Below, in pieces: positions 1 to 15,400 of a stretch of DNA of 64,000 bases. The notes under the pieces were generated by a model. The model was not told where the DNA came from. It did not search any database and worked only from the letters and a program-made list of their open reading frames with translations. The position numbers and the translations under genes were made by a program. Each line of letters starts with the position of its first letter. The stretch's first letter is position 1. Source of the stretch: Eledone cirrhosa (Eukaryota); NCBI GenBank assembly GCA_964016885.1, contig OZ024741.1, positions 17,112,001 through 17,176,000 of the forward strand, read 5' to 3'.

Positions 1-510
1 CAACCTGTCGCATGATCGGGTCGTAGGCGACTAAAACAAAACCTGACAAAGGGCGGAAGAACTCATAAGAGTGAACGGCCATCCAAAAGTGTGTAAATAT
101 GTATATATACATGTACATATGTATATGTGTATATACATGGGTGCATGTGTATGTATATGCGCGGGGACATAGAAATAGTCGGGCTGAACACCCGATCGCG
201 CGGTTAAACCACTGGGAGTGAAGGACCCCTAGCCTTTGTCAGGGCATTCTTCTAGGAGAAGGCAACTCAGGAAACTGGGATAACTCAGATATAAAACCTG
301 CGGCTCAGTAGTTACAGATGATGTTGATCTTTTCTTCTTTTCAGGTTATAGCTACTGTCTCTCAGAGAGTGGGATTGGCTCAGTGCACAGTCTTTCCTCA
401 CTTTAAAACATATCTTCACGCTCAGGCATTGCACGATAGAATTAATTGATAATTATTAATAATGGTATATCGTGCAATGGCCATACTCGATAACGAGGGG
501 GCAGTCATCA
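1..510 (+). mobile_element. Unclassified dispersed repeat, possibly derived from an RTE-type retroelement; truncated by the window edge
   Basis: Three blocks (1-90, 230-300, 361-410) match the reverse complement of 17990-18345, e.g. caacctgtcgcatgatcgggtcgtaggcgactaaa vs tttagtcgccaacgacccgaccatgaaacaggttg. Confidence 0.6.
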
Positions 511-641
511 TCATCATGTATATAAACATAGAAGCACGGACATATTCACACATATGACTCATTATTTAGCCTTAATAAAATGAATATTTAAACTCTATTT
601 CAGTATTGAGTACTCTTTTTCCTCGGCTGTCAACTACATAC

Positions 642-681
<40 letters not shown>

Positions 682-969
682 GCGTGAATTCAATTTATGG
701 CAGTGGTTCGGAACATCCCCACCGTCATCAATCTCCACTAACAACATCACACCAACCGACGAGGACCCCTCTACATAGACATTTGATCTGCTTAAAACAG
801 CAGCTAAATTTCCCAGAAAGCACCTCCTAACTTTGTTAAAAGCAACAAATAAAATAACAGCCAATGTACCAAGAGGTGGTCACACCTGGATTGGCTTTTG
901 ACTGTCAATAGGCTTTATGAATGTCAGGAGTTAAACAATATTAACACTCACCTTTACCATAGCTACTGC

Positions 970-1365
970 TAATACCACGACCACCACCACCACCACAACA
1001 ACCAAAACCTGCACCACCACCACCACCACCGCCACGACCACCACCACCACAACAACAACCAAAACCTGCACCACCACCACCACCACCGCCACGACCACCA
1101 CCACCAACACCACCACCACCACCACTACCACCACCACCACCACCACTACCATCACCACCACCACCACCACAGTCACCACGACCACCGACACCACTACCAC
1201 CACCACAGTCACCACGACGACCACCACAGTCACCCCTATATCATCACCACCACCACCACCGTCACCCCCTCGTCCCCGCCCCCACCATCACCACCAATAC
1301 CCCCCCCCCCACAGTCACAATGACTACTAACACCCCCTACCCCATACCACCACCACTACCAACAC
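970..1365. repeat. Degenerate (ACC)n microsatellite
   Basis: Direct reading; explains the poly-Val ORF. Confidence 0.95.
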
Positions 1366-1495
1366 TCTCCCCTATCCTATCACCATTAAGGTGTTCTGAA
1401 ATCTGTGTCGACTTGATGGTGACACGGATTATAAAACCTTGTGGACTCGGTGGCAGTGTGGAGTCGGTAGAGTAACCAGGGCTATAGAAAAGAGA

Positions 1496-1742
1496 AGCAA
1501 CAACAACGACAACAACAACAGCAACAACAACAGCAACAACAGCAACAACAACAGCAACAACAACAGCAGCAGCAACAACAGTAACAACTAACACAACAAA
1601 AGCGGTAAAAACAACTTTAACAACAACAACAGTTACAATAACTTCTACAATAACAACATCAACGACTGTCATCAACGACTGTAACAACAACGGTGACAAC
1701 AACAACAGTAACAACAAACCCAGCAACAACATCAATAACAAA
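1496..1742. repeat. (CAA/CAG)n microsatellite
   Basis: Direct reading. Confidence 0.95.
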
Positions 1743-1826
1743 ACCTACCATTAGTTCGAGGTGACTGGGTACTTATTACACCCGATAACCTACCAACATT
1801 GATATAGAAACATAGATATCTATTAT

Positions 1827-2175
1827 ACTTTCTCCAGCCACAACCTGGTGCAGTCTACGACTAACCCAGGTTCTGCTGCACCAGGTCGGGCTGAGGAGGC
1901 CAAACTCTTCAAATACCGGTCACTCTCCGACAGGTTTGCAGTTGTACCCTTGGCAGAGGAGATTTCTGGTGTCCTCGGCCCTAGGGCTACCTCCCTACCC
2001 ACCACCATAGGCGCTGAGCTGGCCAGCCGCAGGTGTGAGCCTCGCGACTTGGAGTGGCTTTTCCAGCGCATCTCCCTTGCCGTCCTCCGGGGAGACACCT
2101 TCTCCATTCTGTCTGCCGGGGCTGTGGGGATGCCACCAATATGATTGACTGACTTGTCATTGTATCAGTCAGATA
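1827..2175 (+). mobile_element. 3' fragment of a CRE-clade non-LTR retrotransposon (restriction-like endonuclease C-terminus), copy 1
   Basis: ORF 1848-2144 reads GSAA..AEEAK..KYRSL...VPLA.E.SG..GP.A....IG..LA....EPR...WLFQRISLAVLRG, the C-terminal pattern I recognise from CRE ORFs. Further copies at 28535 and 46465. Confidence 0.8.
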
Positions 2176-2231
2176 CACACATATATACATACTGATTAAT
2201 TTTTTTAAAAATATAGTTTATCTATTATATT

Positions 2232-2445
2232 GGTTTCTGATTTAGGCACAAGGCCAACAATTATGAGGTCGGGGAAAGTCGATTAAATCAACCCCAGTGC
2301 ATTACTGGTACTTGATTTTATCGACTCTGTAAGGATGAAAAGCAAAGCTAACCCCGACAGGGATTGAACTAATATCGTAAAGGGCGTAACTCTATGCCAT
2401 AAAGCATGTCCGACGCTCTACCGATACTGCCAATCCACCACTCTT
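2232..2445 (-). mobile_element. tRNA-derived SINE (family A)
   Basis: Minus strand has A-box-like TGGCAGTATCGG, a B-box-like GTTCAATCC, the central gcttttcatccttacagagtcgataaa block and a ggccttgtgccta tail; many copies in the window. Confidence 0.9.
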
Positions 2446-2644
2446 ACACAGGATGTCCCCTAAAAATGTACGCACACTTCAACAACATTCTAATAAATAT
2501 TGCCTGTACAAGTAATCAGATTATGTATACATTTTGTGGGGACATCCTGAATGTATCTATATATTACAAGTGGACTTATGCTGTCAACAATGACGGCAAT
2601 AGCATTGAATGTATTTTTGGTGTTCAGGATTGGTAATGTCGTAT

Positions 2645-2812
2645 GGCCATGTCAGATTTATGTCGTATGACCACATGTCAGATATAGACCCAATCATACA
2701 GGCCACATGTCAGATATATTCCCAGGCCACATGTCAGATAAAGACCCAATCATACAGGCCACATGTCAGATATATTCCCAGGCCACATGTCAGATAAAGA
2801 CCCAATCATACA
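2645..2812. repeat. Short composite tandem repeat (ggccacatgtcagata core, alternating 32- and 24-bp units)
   Basis: About six recurrences of (cc)a(c)atgtcagat. Confidence 0.85.
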
Positions 2813-2952
2813 AACTGGGAAATTGGTGTTTTAATCAATCGATGATTTGCATCAGAGAAACTCTATAACTTTTCAATAAATACATATCTGCTCAACGTTT
2901 CTAAAAACAGATAATTATTGATATAATTATATCCTAAAAATGAATTTTATAT

Positions 2953-3328
2953 GTACTTTCGGGTCTCAAATAATAGGGGTGTGTGTGGAATAAGCGGCTG
3001 GAAATGGGGCTTTGGAAAATCGGCAATTTTTCTAGGTTGTCTCCGTCGATTTTTCTTCTAAAACCAGAATTAGTCGTTTAGTTTACATATTGAGACCCCC
3101 CAACCCATCCTATTTATTTTATAACGTATGGGATTTCTTGTTATGTATTTTTTTTTTGTGATGTATAGTGTTTTTTTAATGGCTATAGAAAATTAAAATA
3201 AAATTTCGCCGGAGATACATTAGCAAAAATTAATAAGCTGGGGTGTTGAATAAGAGCGGTGGTGGTGGAAAAAATCTGAAAATTTAATAAGCGGGGGGTG
3301 GGGAAGTTTATTAGAGAACCGGGAGTAA
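2953..3328 (+). mobile_element. TA-flanked MITE (Tc1/mariner-pogo-like), copy 1
   Basis: Termini tactttcgggtctc...gagaaccgggagta. An inverted copy at 60107-60384 shares ttagtcgtttagtttacatattgagac. Confidence 0.65.
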
Positions 3329-3418
3329 GTATATATGTTTGTGTGAATACGCAACTACATATACGCGGATTCATAGAATTCTTCATGAGACTAGATTACA
3401 ATACTAGGCTATTGAATG

Positions 3419-6400
3419 GTGGTCAGAGACTGAACTATATTGATCTGGTACCTATTACTGACAGCTAAGGTGGACTGTGGTCTGAGACTGAATTATATTG
3501 ATCTGGTACCTATTACTGACAGCTAAGGTGGACTGGGGTCTGAGACTGAACTATATTGATCTGGTACCTATTACTGACAGCTAAGGTGGACTGTGGTCTG
3601 AGACTGAACAATATTGATCTGGTACCTATTACTGACAGCTAAGGTGGACTGGTCTGAGACTGAACTATATTGATCTGGTACCTATTATTGACAGCTAGGT
3701 GGACTGTAGTCAGAGACTGAACTATATTGATCTGGTACCTATTACTGACAGCTAGGTGGACTGTGGTCAGAGACTGAACTATATTGATATGGTACCTATT
3801 ACTGACAGCTAGGTGGACTGTGGTCAGAGACTGAACTATATTGATCTGGTACCTATTACTGACAGCTAAGGTTGACTGTGGTCTGAGACTGAACTATATT
3901 GATCTGGTACCTATTACTAACAGCTAGGTGGACTGTGGTCTGAGACTGAACTATATTGATCTGGTACCTATTACTGACAGCTAGGTGGACTGTGGTCTGA
4001 GACTGAACTATATTGATCTGGTACCTATTACTGACAGCTAGGTGGACTGTGGTCAGAGACTGAACTATATTGATCTGGTACCTATTACTGACAGCTAAGG
4101 TGGACTGTGGTCTGAGACTGAACTATATTGATCTGGTTCCTATTACTGACAGCTAAGGTGGACTGTGGCCTGAGACTGAACTATATTGATCTGGTACCTA
4201 TTACTGACAGCTAGGTGGACTGTGGTCTGAGAGTGAACTATATTGATCTGGTACCTAATATTGACAGCTAGGTGGACTGTGGTCAGAGACTGAACTATAT
4301 TGATCTGGTACCTATTATTGACAGCTAGGTGGACAGTGGTCTGAGACTGAACTATATTGATCTGGTACCTATTATTGACAGCTAGGTGGACTGTGGTCTG
4401 AGACTGAACTATATTGATCTGGTACCTATTATTGACAGCTAGGTGGACAGTGGTCTGAGACTGAACTATATTGATCTGGTACCTATTACTGACAGCTAGG
4501 TGGACAGTGGTCTGAGACTGAACTATATTGATCTGGTACCTAATATTGACAGCTAGGTGGACTGTGGTCTGAGATTGAACTATATTGATCTGGTACCTAT
4601 TACTGACAGCTAGGTGGACTGTGGTCTGAGACTGAACTATATTGATCTGGTACCTATTACTGACAGCTAGGTGGACAGTGGTCTGAGACTGAACTATATT
4701 GATCTGGTACCTAATATTGACAGCTAGGTGGACTGTGGTCTGAGATTGAACTATATTGATCTGGTACCTATTACTGACAGCTAGGTGGACTGTGGTCAGA
4801 GACTGAACTATATTGATCTGGTACCTATTACTGACAGCTAGGTGGACAGTGGTCTGAGACTGAACTATATTGATCTGGTACCTAATATTGACAGCTAGGT
4901 GGACTGTGGTCTGAGATTGAACTATATTGATCTGGTACCTATTACTGACAGCTAGGTGGACTGTGGTCAGAGACTGAACTATATTGATCTGGTACCTATT
5001 ACTGACAGCTAAGGTGGACTGTGGTCTGAGACTGAACTATATTGATCTGGTACCTATTACTGACAGCTAGGTGGACTGTGGTCAGAGACTGAACTATATT
5101 GATCTGGTACCTATTACTGACAGCTAGGTGGACTGTGGTCTGAGACTGAACTATATTGATCTGGTACCTATTACTGACAGCTAGGTGGACTGTGGTCTGA
5201 GACTGAACTATATTGATCTGGTACCTATTACTGACAGCTAGGTGGACTGTGGTCTGAGACTGAACTATAAAGATCTGGTACCTATTATTGACAGCTAGGT
5301 GGACTGTGGTCTGAGACTGAACTATATTGATCTGGTACCTATTACTGACAGCTAGGTGGACTGTGGTCTGAGACTGAACTATATTGATCTGGTACCTATT
5401 ACTGACAGCTACGTGGACTGTGTTCTGAGACTGAACTATATTGATATGGTACCTAATATTGACAGCTAGGTGGACTGTGGTCTGAGACTGAACTATATTG
5501 ATATGGTACCTAATATTGACAGCTAGGTGGACTGTGGTCTGAGACTGAACTATATTGATCTGGTACCTATTACTGACAGCTAGGTGGACTGTGGTCTGAG
5601 ACTGAACTATATTGATCTGGTACCTATTACTGACAGCTAGGTGGACTGTGGTCTGAGACTGAACTATATTGATCTGGTACCTATTACTGACAGCTAGGTG
5701 GACTGTGGTCTGAGACTGAACTATATTGATATGGTACCTAATATTGACAGCTAGGTGGACTGTGGTCTGAGACTGAACTATATTGATCTGGTACCTATTA
5801 CTGACAGCTAGGTGGACTGTGGTCTGAGACTGAACTATATTGATCTGGTACCTATTACTGACAGCTAGGTGGACTGTGGTCTGAGACTGAACTATATTGA
5901 TCTGGTACCTATTACTGACAGCTAGGTGGACTGTGTTCTGAGACTGAACTATATTGATATGGTAACTAATATTGACAGCTAGGTGGACTGTGGTCTGAGA
6001 CTGAACTATATTGATCTGGTACCTATTACTGACAGCTAGGTGGACTGTGTTCTGAGACTGAACTATATTGATATGGTACCTAATATTGACAGCTAGGTGG
6101 ACTGTGGTCTGAGACTGAACTATATTGATCTGGTACCTATTACTGACAGCTAGGTGGACTGTGGTCTGAGACTGAACTATATTGATCTGGTACCTATTAC
6201 TGACAGCTAGGTGGACTGTGGTCTGAGACTGAACTATATTGATCTGGTACCTATTATTGACAGCTAGGTGGACTGTGGTCTGAGACTGAACTATATTGAT
6301 CTGGTACCTATTACTGACAGCTAGGTGGACTGTGTTCTGAGACTGAACTATATTGATATGGTAACTAATATTGACAGCTAGGTGGACTGTGGTCTGAGAC

Positions 6401-9400
6401 TGAACTATATTGATCTGGTACCTATTACTGACAGCTAGGTGGACTGTGTTCTGAGACTGAACTATATTGATATGGTACCTAATATTGACAGCTAGGTGGA
6501 CTGTGGTCTGAGACTGAACTATATTGATATGGTACCTAATATTGACAGCTAGGTGGACTGTGGTCTGAGACTGAACTATATTGATATGGTACCTAATATT
6601 GACAGCTAGGTGGACTGTGGTCTGAGACTGAACTATATTGATATGGTACCTAATATTGACAGCTAGGTGGACTGTGGTCTGAGACTGAACTATATTGATC
6701 TGGTACCTATTACTGACAGCTAGGTGGACTGTGGTCTGAGACTGAACTATATTGATCTGGTACCTATTACTGACAGCTAGGTGGACTGTGGTCTGAGACT
6801 GAACTATATTGATCTGGTACCTATTACTGACAGCTAGGTGGACTGTGTTCTGAGACTGAACTATATTGATATGGTAACTAATATTGACAGCTAGGTGGAC
6901 TGTGGTCTGAGACTGAACTATATTGATCTGGTACCTATTACTGACAGCTAGGTGGACTGTGTTCTGAGACTGAACTATATTGATATGGTACCTAATATTG
7001 ACAGCTAGGTGGACTGTGGTCTGAGACTGAACTATATTGATCTGGTACCTATTACTGACAGCTAAGGTTGACTGTGGTCTGAGACTGAACTATATTGATC
7101 TGGTACCTATTACTAACAGCTAGGTGGACTGTGGTCTGAGACTGAACTATATTGATCTGGTACCTATTACTGACAGCTAGGTGGACTGTGGTCTGAGACT
7201 GAACTATATTGATCTGGTACCTATTACTGACAGCTAGGTGAACTGTGGTCAGAGACTGAACTATATTGATCTGGTACCTATTACTGACAGCTAAGGTGGA
7301 CTGTGGTCTGAGACTGAACTATATTGATCTGGTTCCTATTACTGACAGCTAAGGTGGACTGTGGCCTGAGACTGAACTATATTGATCTGGTACCTATTAC
7401 TGACAGCTAGGTGGACTGTGGTCTGAGATTGAACTATATTGATCTGGTACCTAATATTGACAGCTAGGTGGACTGTGGTCAGAGACTGAACTATATTGAT
7501 CTGGTACCTATTATTGACAGCTAGGTGGACAGTGGTCTGAGACTGAACTATATTGATCTGGTACCTATTATTGACAGCTAGGTGGACTGTGGTCTGAGAC
7601 TGAACTATATTGATCTGGTACCTATTATTGACAGCTAGGTGGACAGTGGTCTGAGACTGAACTATATTGATCTGGTACCTATTACTGACAGCTAGGTGGA
7701 CAGTGGTCTGAGACTGAACTATATTGATCTGGTACCTAATATTGACAGCTAGGTGGACTGTGGTCTGAGATTGAACTATATTGATCTGGTACCTATTACT
7801 GACAGCTAGGTGGACTGTGGTCTGAGACTGAACTATATTGATCTGGTACCTATTACTGACAGCTAGGTGGACAGTGGTCTGAGACTGAACTATATTGATC
7901 TGGTACCTAATATTGACAGCTAGGTGGACTGTGGTCTGAGATTGAACTATATTGATCTGGTACCTATTACTGACAGCTAGGTGGACTGTGGTCAGAGACT
8001 GAACTATATTGATCTGGTACCTATTACTGACAGCTAGGTGGACAGTGGTCTGAGACTGAACTATATTGATCTGGTACCTAATATTGACAGCTAGGTGGAC
8101 TGTGGTCTGAGATTGAACTATATTGATCTGGTACCTATTACTGACAGCTAGGTGGACTGTGGTCAGAGACTGAACTATATTGATCTGGTACCTATTACTG
8201 ACAGCTAAGGTGGACTGTGGTCTGAGACTGAACTATATTGATCTGGTACCTATTACTGACAGCTAGGTGGACTGTGGTCAGAGACTGAACTATATTGATC
8301 TGGTACCTATTACTGACAGCTAGGTGGACTGTGGTCTGAGACTGAACTATATTGATCTGGTACCTATTACTGACAGCTAGGTGGACTGTGGTCTGAGACT
8401 GAACTATATTGATCTGGTACCTATTACTGACAGCTAGGTGGACTGTGGTCTGAGACTGAACTATAAAGATCTGGTACCTATTATTGACAGCTAGGTGGAC
8501 TGTGGTCTGAGACTGAACTATATTGATCTGGTACCTATTACTGACAGCTAGGTGGACTGTGGTCTGAGACTGAACTATATTGATCTGGTACCTATTACTG
8601 ACAGCTACGTGGACTGTGTTCTGAGACTGAACTATATTGATATGGTACCTAATATTGACAGCTAGGTGGACTGTGGTCTGAGACTGAACTATATTGATAT
8701 GGTACCTAATATTGACAGCTAGGTGGACTGTGGTCTGAGACTGAACTATATTGATCTGGTACCTATTACTGACAGCTAGGTGGACTGTGGTCTGAGACTG
8801 AACTATATTGATCTGGTACCTATTACTGACAGCTAGGTCGACTGTGGTCTGAGACTGAACTATATTGATCTGGTACCTATTACTGACAGCTAGGTGGACT
8901 GTGGTCTGAGACTGAACTATATTGATATGGTACCTAATATTGACAGCTAGGTGGACTGTGGTCTGAAACTGAACTATATTGATCTGGTACCTATTACTGA
9001 CAGCTAGGTGGACTGTGGTCTGAGACTGAACTATATTGATCTGGTACCTATTACTGACAGCTAGGTGGACTGTGGTCTGAGACTGAACTATATTGATCTG
9101 GTACCTATTACTGACAGCTAGGTGGACTGTGTTCTGAGACTGAACTATATTGATATGGTAACTAATATTGACAGCTAGGTGGACTGTGGTCTGAGACTGA
9201 ACTATATTGATCTGGTACCTATTACTGACAGCTAGGTGGACTGTGGTCTGAGACTGAACTATATTGATCTGGTACCTATTACTGACAGCTAGGTAGACTG
9301 TGTTCTGAGACTGAACTATATTGATATGGTACCTAATATTGACAGCTAGGTGGACTGTGGTCTGAGACTGAACTATATTGATCTGGTACCTATTACTGAC

Positions 9401-12400
9401 AGCTAGGTGGACTGTGGTCTGAGACTGAACTATATTGATCTGGTACCTATTACTGACAGCTAGGTGGACTGTGGTCTGAGACTGAACTATATTGATCTGG
9501 TACCTATTACTGACAGCTAGGTAGACTGTGTTCTGAGACTGAACTATATTGATATGGTACCTAATATTGACAGCTAGGTGGACTGTGGTCTGAGACTGAA
9601 CTATATTGATCTGGTACCTATTACTGACAGCTAGGTGGACTGTGGTCTGAGACTGAACTATATTGATCTGGTACCTATTACTGACAGCTAGGTGGACTGT
9701 GGTCTGAGACTGAACTATATTGATCTGGTACCTATTACTGACAGCTAGGTGGACTGTGTTCTGAGACTGAACTATATTGATATGGTAACTAATATTGACA
9801 GCTAGGTGGACTGTGGTTTGAGACTGAACTATATTGATCTGGTACCTATTACTGACAGCTAGGTGGACTGTGTTCTGAGACTGAACTATATTGATATGGT
9901 ACCTAATATTGACAGCTAGGTGGACTGTGGTCTGAGACTGAACTATATTGATATGGTACCTAATATTGACAGCTAGGTGGACTGTGGTCTGAGACTGAAC
10001 TATATTGATATGGTACCTAATATTGACAGCTAGGTGGACTGTGGTCTGAGACTGAACTATATTGATATGGTACCTAATATTGACAGCTAGGTGGACTGTG
10101 GTCTGAGACTGAACTATATTGATATGGTACCTAATATTGACAGCTAGGTGGACTGTGGTCTGAGACTGAACTATATTGATATGGTACCTAATATTGACAG
10201 CTAGGTGGACTGTGGTCTGAGACTGAACTATATTGATATGGTACCTAATATTGACAGCTAGGTGGACTGTGGTCTGAGACTGAACTATATTCATATGGTA
10301 CCTATTACTGACAGCTAGGTGGACTGTGGTCTGAGACTGAACTATATTGATCTGGTACCTATTATTGACAGCTAGGTGGACTGTGTTCTGAGACTGAACT
10401 ATATTGATCTGGTACCTATTACTGACAGCTAGGTGGACTGTGTTCTGAGACTGAACTATATTGATATGGTACCTAATATTGACAGCTAGGTGGACTGTGG
10501 TCTGAGACTGAACTATATTGATATGGTACCTAATATTGACAGCTAGGTGGACTGTGGTCTGAGACTGAACTATATTGATCTGGTACCTATTACTGACAGC
10601 TAGGTGGACTGTGGTCTGAGACTGAACTATATTGATCTGGTACCTATTACTGACAGGTAGGTGGACTGTGGTCTGAGACTGAACTATATTGATCTGGTAC
10701 CTATTACTGACAGCTAGGTGGACTGTGGTCTGAGACTGAACTATATTGATCTGGTACCTATTACTGACAGCTAGGTGGACTGTGGTCTGAGACTGAACTA
10801 TATTGATCTGGTACCTAATATTGACAGCTAGGTGGACTGTGGTCTGAGACTGAACTATATTGATCTGGTACCTATTACTGACAGCTAGGTGGACTGTGGT
10901 CTGAGACTGAACTATATTGATATGGTACCTAATATTGACAGCTAGGTGGACTGTGGTCTGAGACTGAACTATATTGATCTGGTACCTATTACTGACAGCT
11001 AGGTGGACTGTGGTCTGAGACTGAACTATATTGATCTGGTATCTATTACTGACAGCTAGGTGGACTGTGGTCTGAGACTGAACTATATTGATCTGGTACC
11101 TATTACTGACAGATAGGTGGACTGTGGTCTGAGACTGAACTATATTGATCTGGTACCTATTACTGACAGCTAGGTGGACTGTGGTCTGAGACTGAACTAT
11201 ATTGATCTGGTACCTATTACTGACAGCTAGGTGGACTGTGGTCTGAGACTGAACTATATTGATCTGGTACCTATTACTGACAGGTAGGTGGACTGTGGTC
11301 TGAGACTGAACTATATTGATCTGGTACCTATTACTGACAGCTAGGTGGACTGTGGTCTGAGACTGAACTATATTGATCTGGTACCTATTACTGACAGCTA
11401 GGTGGACTGTGGTCTGACACTGAACTATATTGATCTGGTACCTATTACTGACAGGTAGGTGGACTGTGGTCTGAGACTGAACTATATTGATCTGGTACCT
11501 ATTACTGACAGCTAGGTGGACTGTGGTCTGAGACTGAACTATATTGATCTGGTACCTATTACTGACAGCTAGGTGGACTGTGGTCTGAGACTGAACTATA
11601 TTGATCTGGTACCTAATATTGACAGCTAGGTGGACAGTGGTCTGAGACTGAACTATATTGATCTGGTACCTATTACTGACAGCTAAGGTGGACTGTTGTC
11701 TGAGACTGAACTATATTGATCTGGTACCTATTACTGACAGCTAGGTGGACTGTGGTCAGAGACTGAACTATATTGATCTGGTACCTAATATTGACAGCTA
11801 GGTGGACTGTGGTCTGAGACTGAACTATATTGATCTGGTACCTAATATTGACAGCTAGGTGGACTGTGGTCTGAGACTGAACTATATTGATCTGGTACCT
11901 AATATTGACAGCTAGGTGGACTGTGGTCTGAGACTGAACTATATTGATCTGGTACCTAATATTGACAGCTAGGTGGACTGTGGTCTGAGACTGAACTATA
12001 TTGATCTGGTACCTATTATTGACAGCTAGGTGGACTGTGGTCTGAGACTGAACTATATTGATCTGGTACCTATTATTGACAGCTAGGTGGACTGTGGTCT
12101 GAGACTGAACTATATTGATCTGGTACCTATTATTGACAGCTAGGTGGACTGTGGTCAGAGACTGAACTATATTGATCTGGTACCTATTACTGACAGCTAG
12201 GTGGACTGTGGTCTGAGACTGAACTATATTGATCTGGTACCTATTATTGACAGCTAGGTGGACTATGTTCTGAGACTGAACTATATTGATCTGGTACCTA
12301 TTACTGACAGCTAGGTGGACTGTGGTCTGAGACTGAACTATATTGATCTGGTACCTATTACTGACAGCTAGGTGGACTGTGGTCTGAGACTGAACTATAT

Positions 12401-15400
12401 TAATCTGGTACCTATTACTGACAGGTAGGTGGACTGTGGTCTGAGACTGAACTATATTGATCTGGTACCTATTACTGACAGCTAGGTGGACTGTGGTCTG
12501 AGACTGAACTATATTGATCTGGTACCTATTACTGACAGCTAGGTGGACTGTGGTCTGAGACTGAACTATATTGATCTGGTACCTATTACTGACAGGTAGG
12601 TGGACTGTGGTCTGAGACTGAACTATATTGATCTGGTACCTATTACTGACAGCTAGGTGGACTGTGGTCTGAGACTGAACTATATTGATCTGGTACCTAT
12701 TACTGACAGCTAGGTGGACTGTGGTCTGAGACTGAACTATATTGATCTGGTACCTATTACTGACAGCTAGGTGGACTGTGGTCTGAGACTGAACTATATT
12801 GATCTGGTACCTAATATTGACAGCTAGGTGGACAGTGGTCTGAGACTGAACTATATTGATCTGGTACCTATTACTGACAGCTAAGGTGGACTGTGGTCTG
12901 AGACTGAACTATATTGATCTGGTACCTAATATTGACAGCTAGGTGGACTGTGGTCTGAGACTGAACTATATTGATCTGGTACCTATTACTGACAGCTAAG
13001 GTGGACTGTTGTCTGAGACTGAACTATATTGATCTGGTACCTATTACTGACAGCTAGGTGGACTGTGGTCAGAGACTGAACTATATTGATCTGGTACCTA
13101 ATATTGACAGGTAGGTGGACTGTGGTCTGAGACTGAACTATATTGATCTGGTACCTAATATTGACAGGTAGGTGGACTGTGGTCTGAGACTGAACTATAT
13201 TGATCTGGTACCTAATATTGACAGGTAGGTGGACTGTGGTCTGAGACTGAACTATATTGATCTGGTACCTAATATTGACAGCTAGGTGGACTGTGGTCTG
13301 AGACTGAACTATATTGATCTGGTACCTAATATTGACAGGTAGGTGGACTGTGGTCTGAGACTGAACTATATTGATCTGGTACCTAATATTGACAGCTAGG
13401 TGGACTGTGGTCTGAGACTGAACTATATTGATCTGGTACCTAATATTGACAGGTAGGTGGACTGTGGTCTGAGACTGAACTATATTGATCTGGTACCTAA
13501 TATTGACAGCTAGGTGGACTGTGGTCTGAGACTGAACTATATTGATCTGGTACCTAATATTGACAGCTAGGTGGACTGTGGTCTGAGACTGAACTATATT
13601 GATCTGGTACCTAATATTGACAGCTAGGTGGACTGTGGTCTGAGACTGAACTATATTGATCTGGTACCTAATATTGACAGCTAGGTGGACTGTGGTCTGA
13701 GACTGAACTATATTGATCTGGTACCTAATATTGACAGGTAGGTGGACTGTGGTCTGAGACTGAACTATATTGATCTGGTACCTAATATTGACAGCTAGGT
13801 GGACTGTGGTCTGAGACTGAACTATATTGATCTGGTACCTAATATTGACAGCTAGGTGGACTGTGGTCTGAGACTGAACTATATTGATCTGGTACCTAAT
13901 ATTGACAGCTAGGTGGACTGTGGTCTGAGACTGAACTATATTGATCTGGTACCTATTATTGACAGCTAGGTGGACTGTGGTCTGAGACTGAACTATATTG
14001 ATCTGGTACCTATTATTGACATCTAGGTGGACTGTGGTCTGAGACTGAACTATATTGATCTGGTACCTATTATTGATAGCTAGGTGGACTGTGGTCAGAG
14101 ACTGAACTATATTGATCTGGTACCTATTACTGACAGCTAGGTGGACTGTGGTCTGAGACTGAACTATATTGATCTGGTACCTATTATTGACAGCTAGGTG
14201 GACTGTGTTCTGAGACTGAACTATATTGATCTGGTACCTATTACTGACAGCTAAGGTGGACTGTGGTCTGAGATTGAACTATATTGATCTGGTACCTATT
14301 ATTGACAGCTAGGTGGACTGTGGTCAGAGACTGAACTATATTGATCTGGTACCTATTACTGACAGCTAGGTGGACTGTGGTCTGAGACTGAACTATATTG
14401 ATCTGGTACCTATTACTGACAGCTAGGTGGACTGTGGTCTGAGACTGAACTATATTGATCTGGTACCTATTACTGACAGCTAAGGTGGACTGTGGTCTGA
14501 GACTGAACTATATTGATCTGGTACCTATTACTGACAGCTAAGGTGGACTGTGGTCTGAGACTGAACTATATTGATCTGGTACCTATTACTGACAGCTAAG
14601 GTGGACTGTGGTCTGAGACTGAACTATATTGATCTGTTACCTATTACTGACAGCTAAGGTGGACTGTGGTCTGAGACTGAACTATATTGATCTGGTACCT
14701 ATTACTGACAGCTAAGGTGGACTGTGGTCTGAGATTGAACTATATTGATCTGGTACCTAATATTGACAGCTAGGTGGACTGTGGTCTGAGACTGAACTAT
14801 ATTGATCTGGTACCTATTACTGACAGCTAGGTGGACTGTGGTCAGAGACTGAACTATATTGATCTGGTACCTATTACTGACAGCTAAGGTGGACTGTGGT
14901 CTGAGATTAAACTATATTGATCTGGTACCTATTACAGACAGGTAGGTGGACTGTGGTCTGAGACTGAACTATATTGATCTGGTATCTATTATTGACAGCT
15001 AGGTGGACTGTGGTCTGAGATTAAACTATATTGATCTGGTACCTATTACTGACAGGTAGGTGGACTGTGGTCTGAGACTGAACTATATTGATCTGGTACC
15101 TATTACTGACAGCTAAGGTGGACTGTGGTCTGAGATTAAACTATATTGATCTGGTACCTATTACTGACAGCTAGGTGGACTGTGGTCTGAGACTGAACTA
15201 TATTGATCTGGTACCTATTACTGACAGCTAAGGTGGACTGTGGTCTGAGATTAAACTATATTGATCTGGTACCTATTACTGACAGGTAGGTGGACTGTGG
15301 TCTGAGACTGAACTATATTGATCTGGTACCTATTACTGACAGCTAAGGTGGACTGTGGTCTGAGACTGAACTATATTGATCTGGTACCTATTACTGACAG

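Noticed and set aside
8195-10294. 699-aa ORF
   Set aside because: Stop-free stretch of a 57-bp (19-codon) satellite; flanking monomers break the frame.
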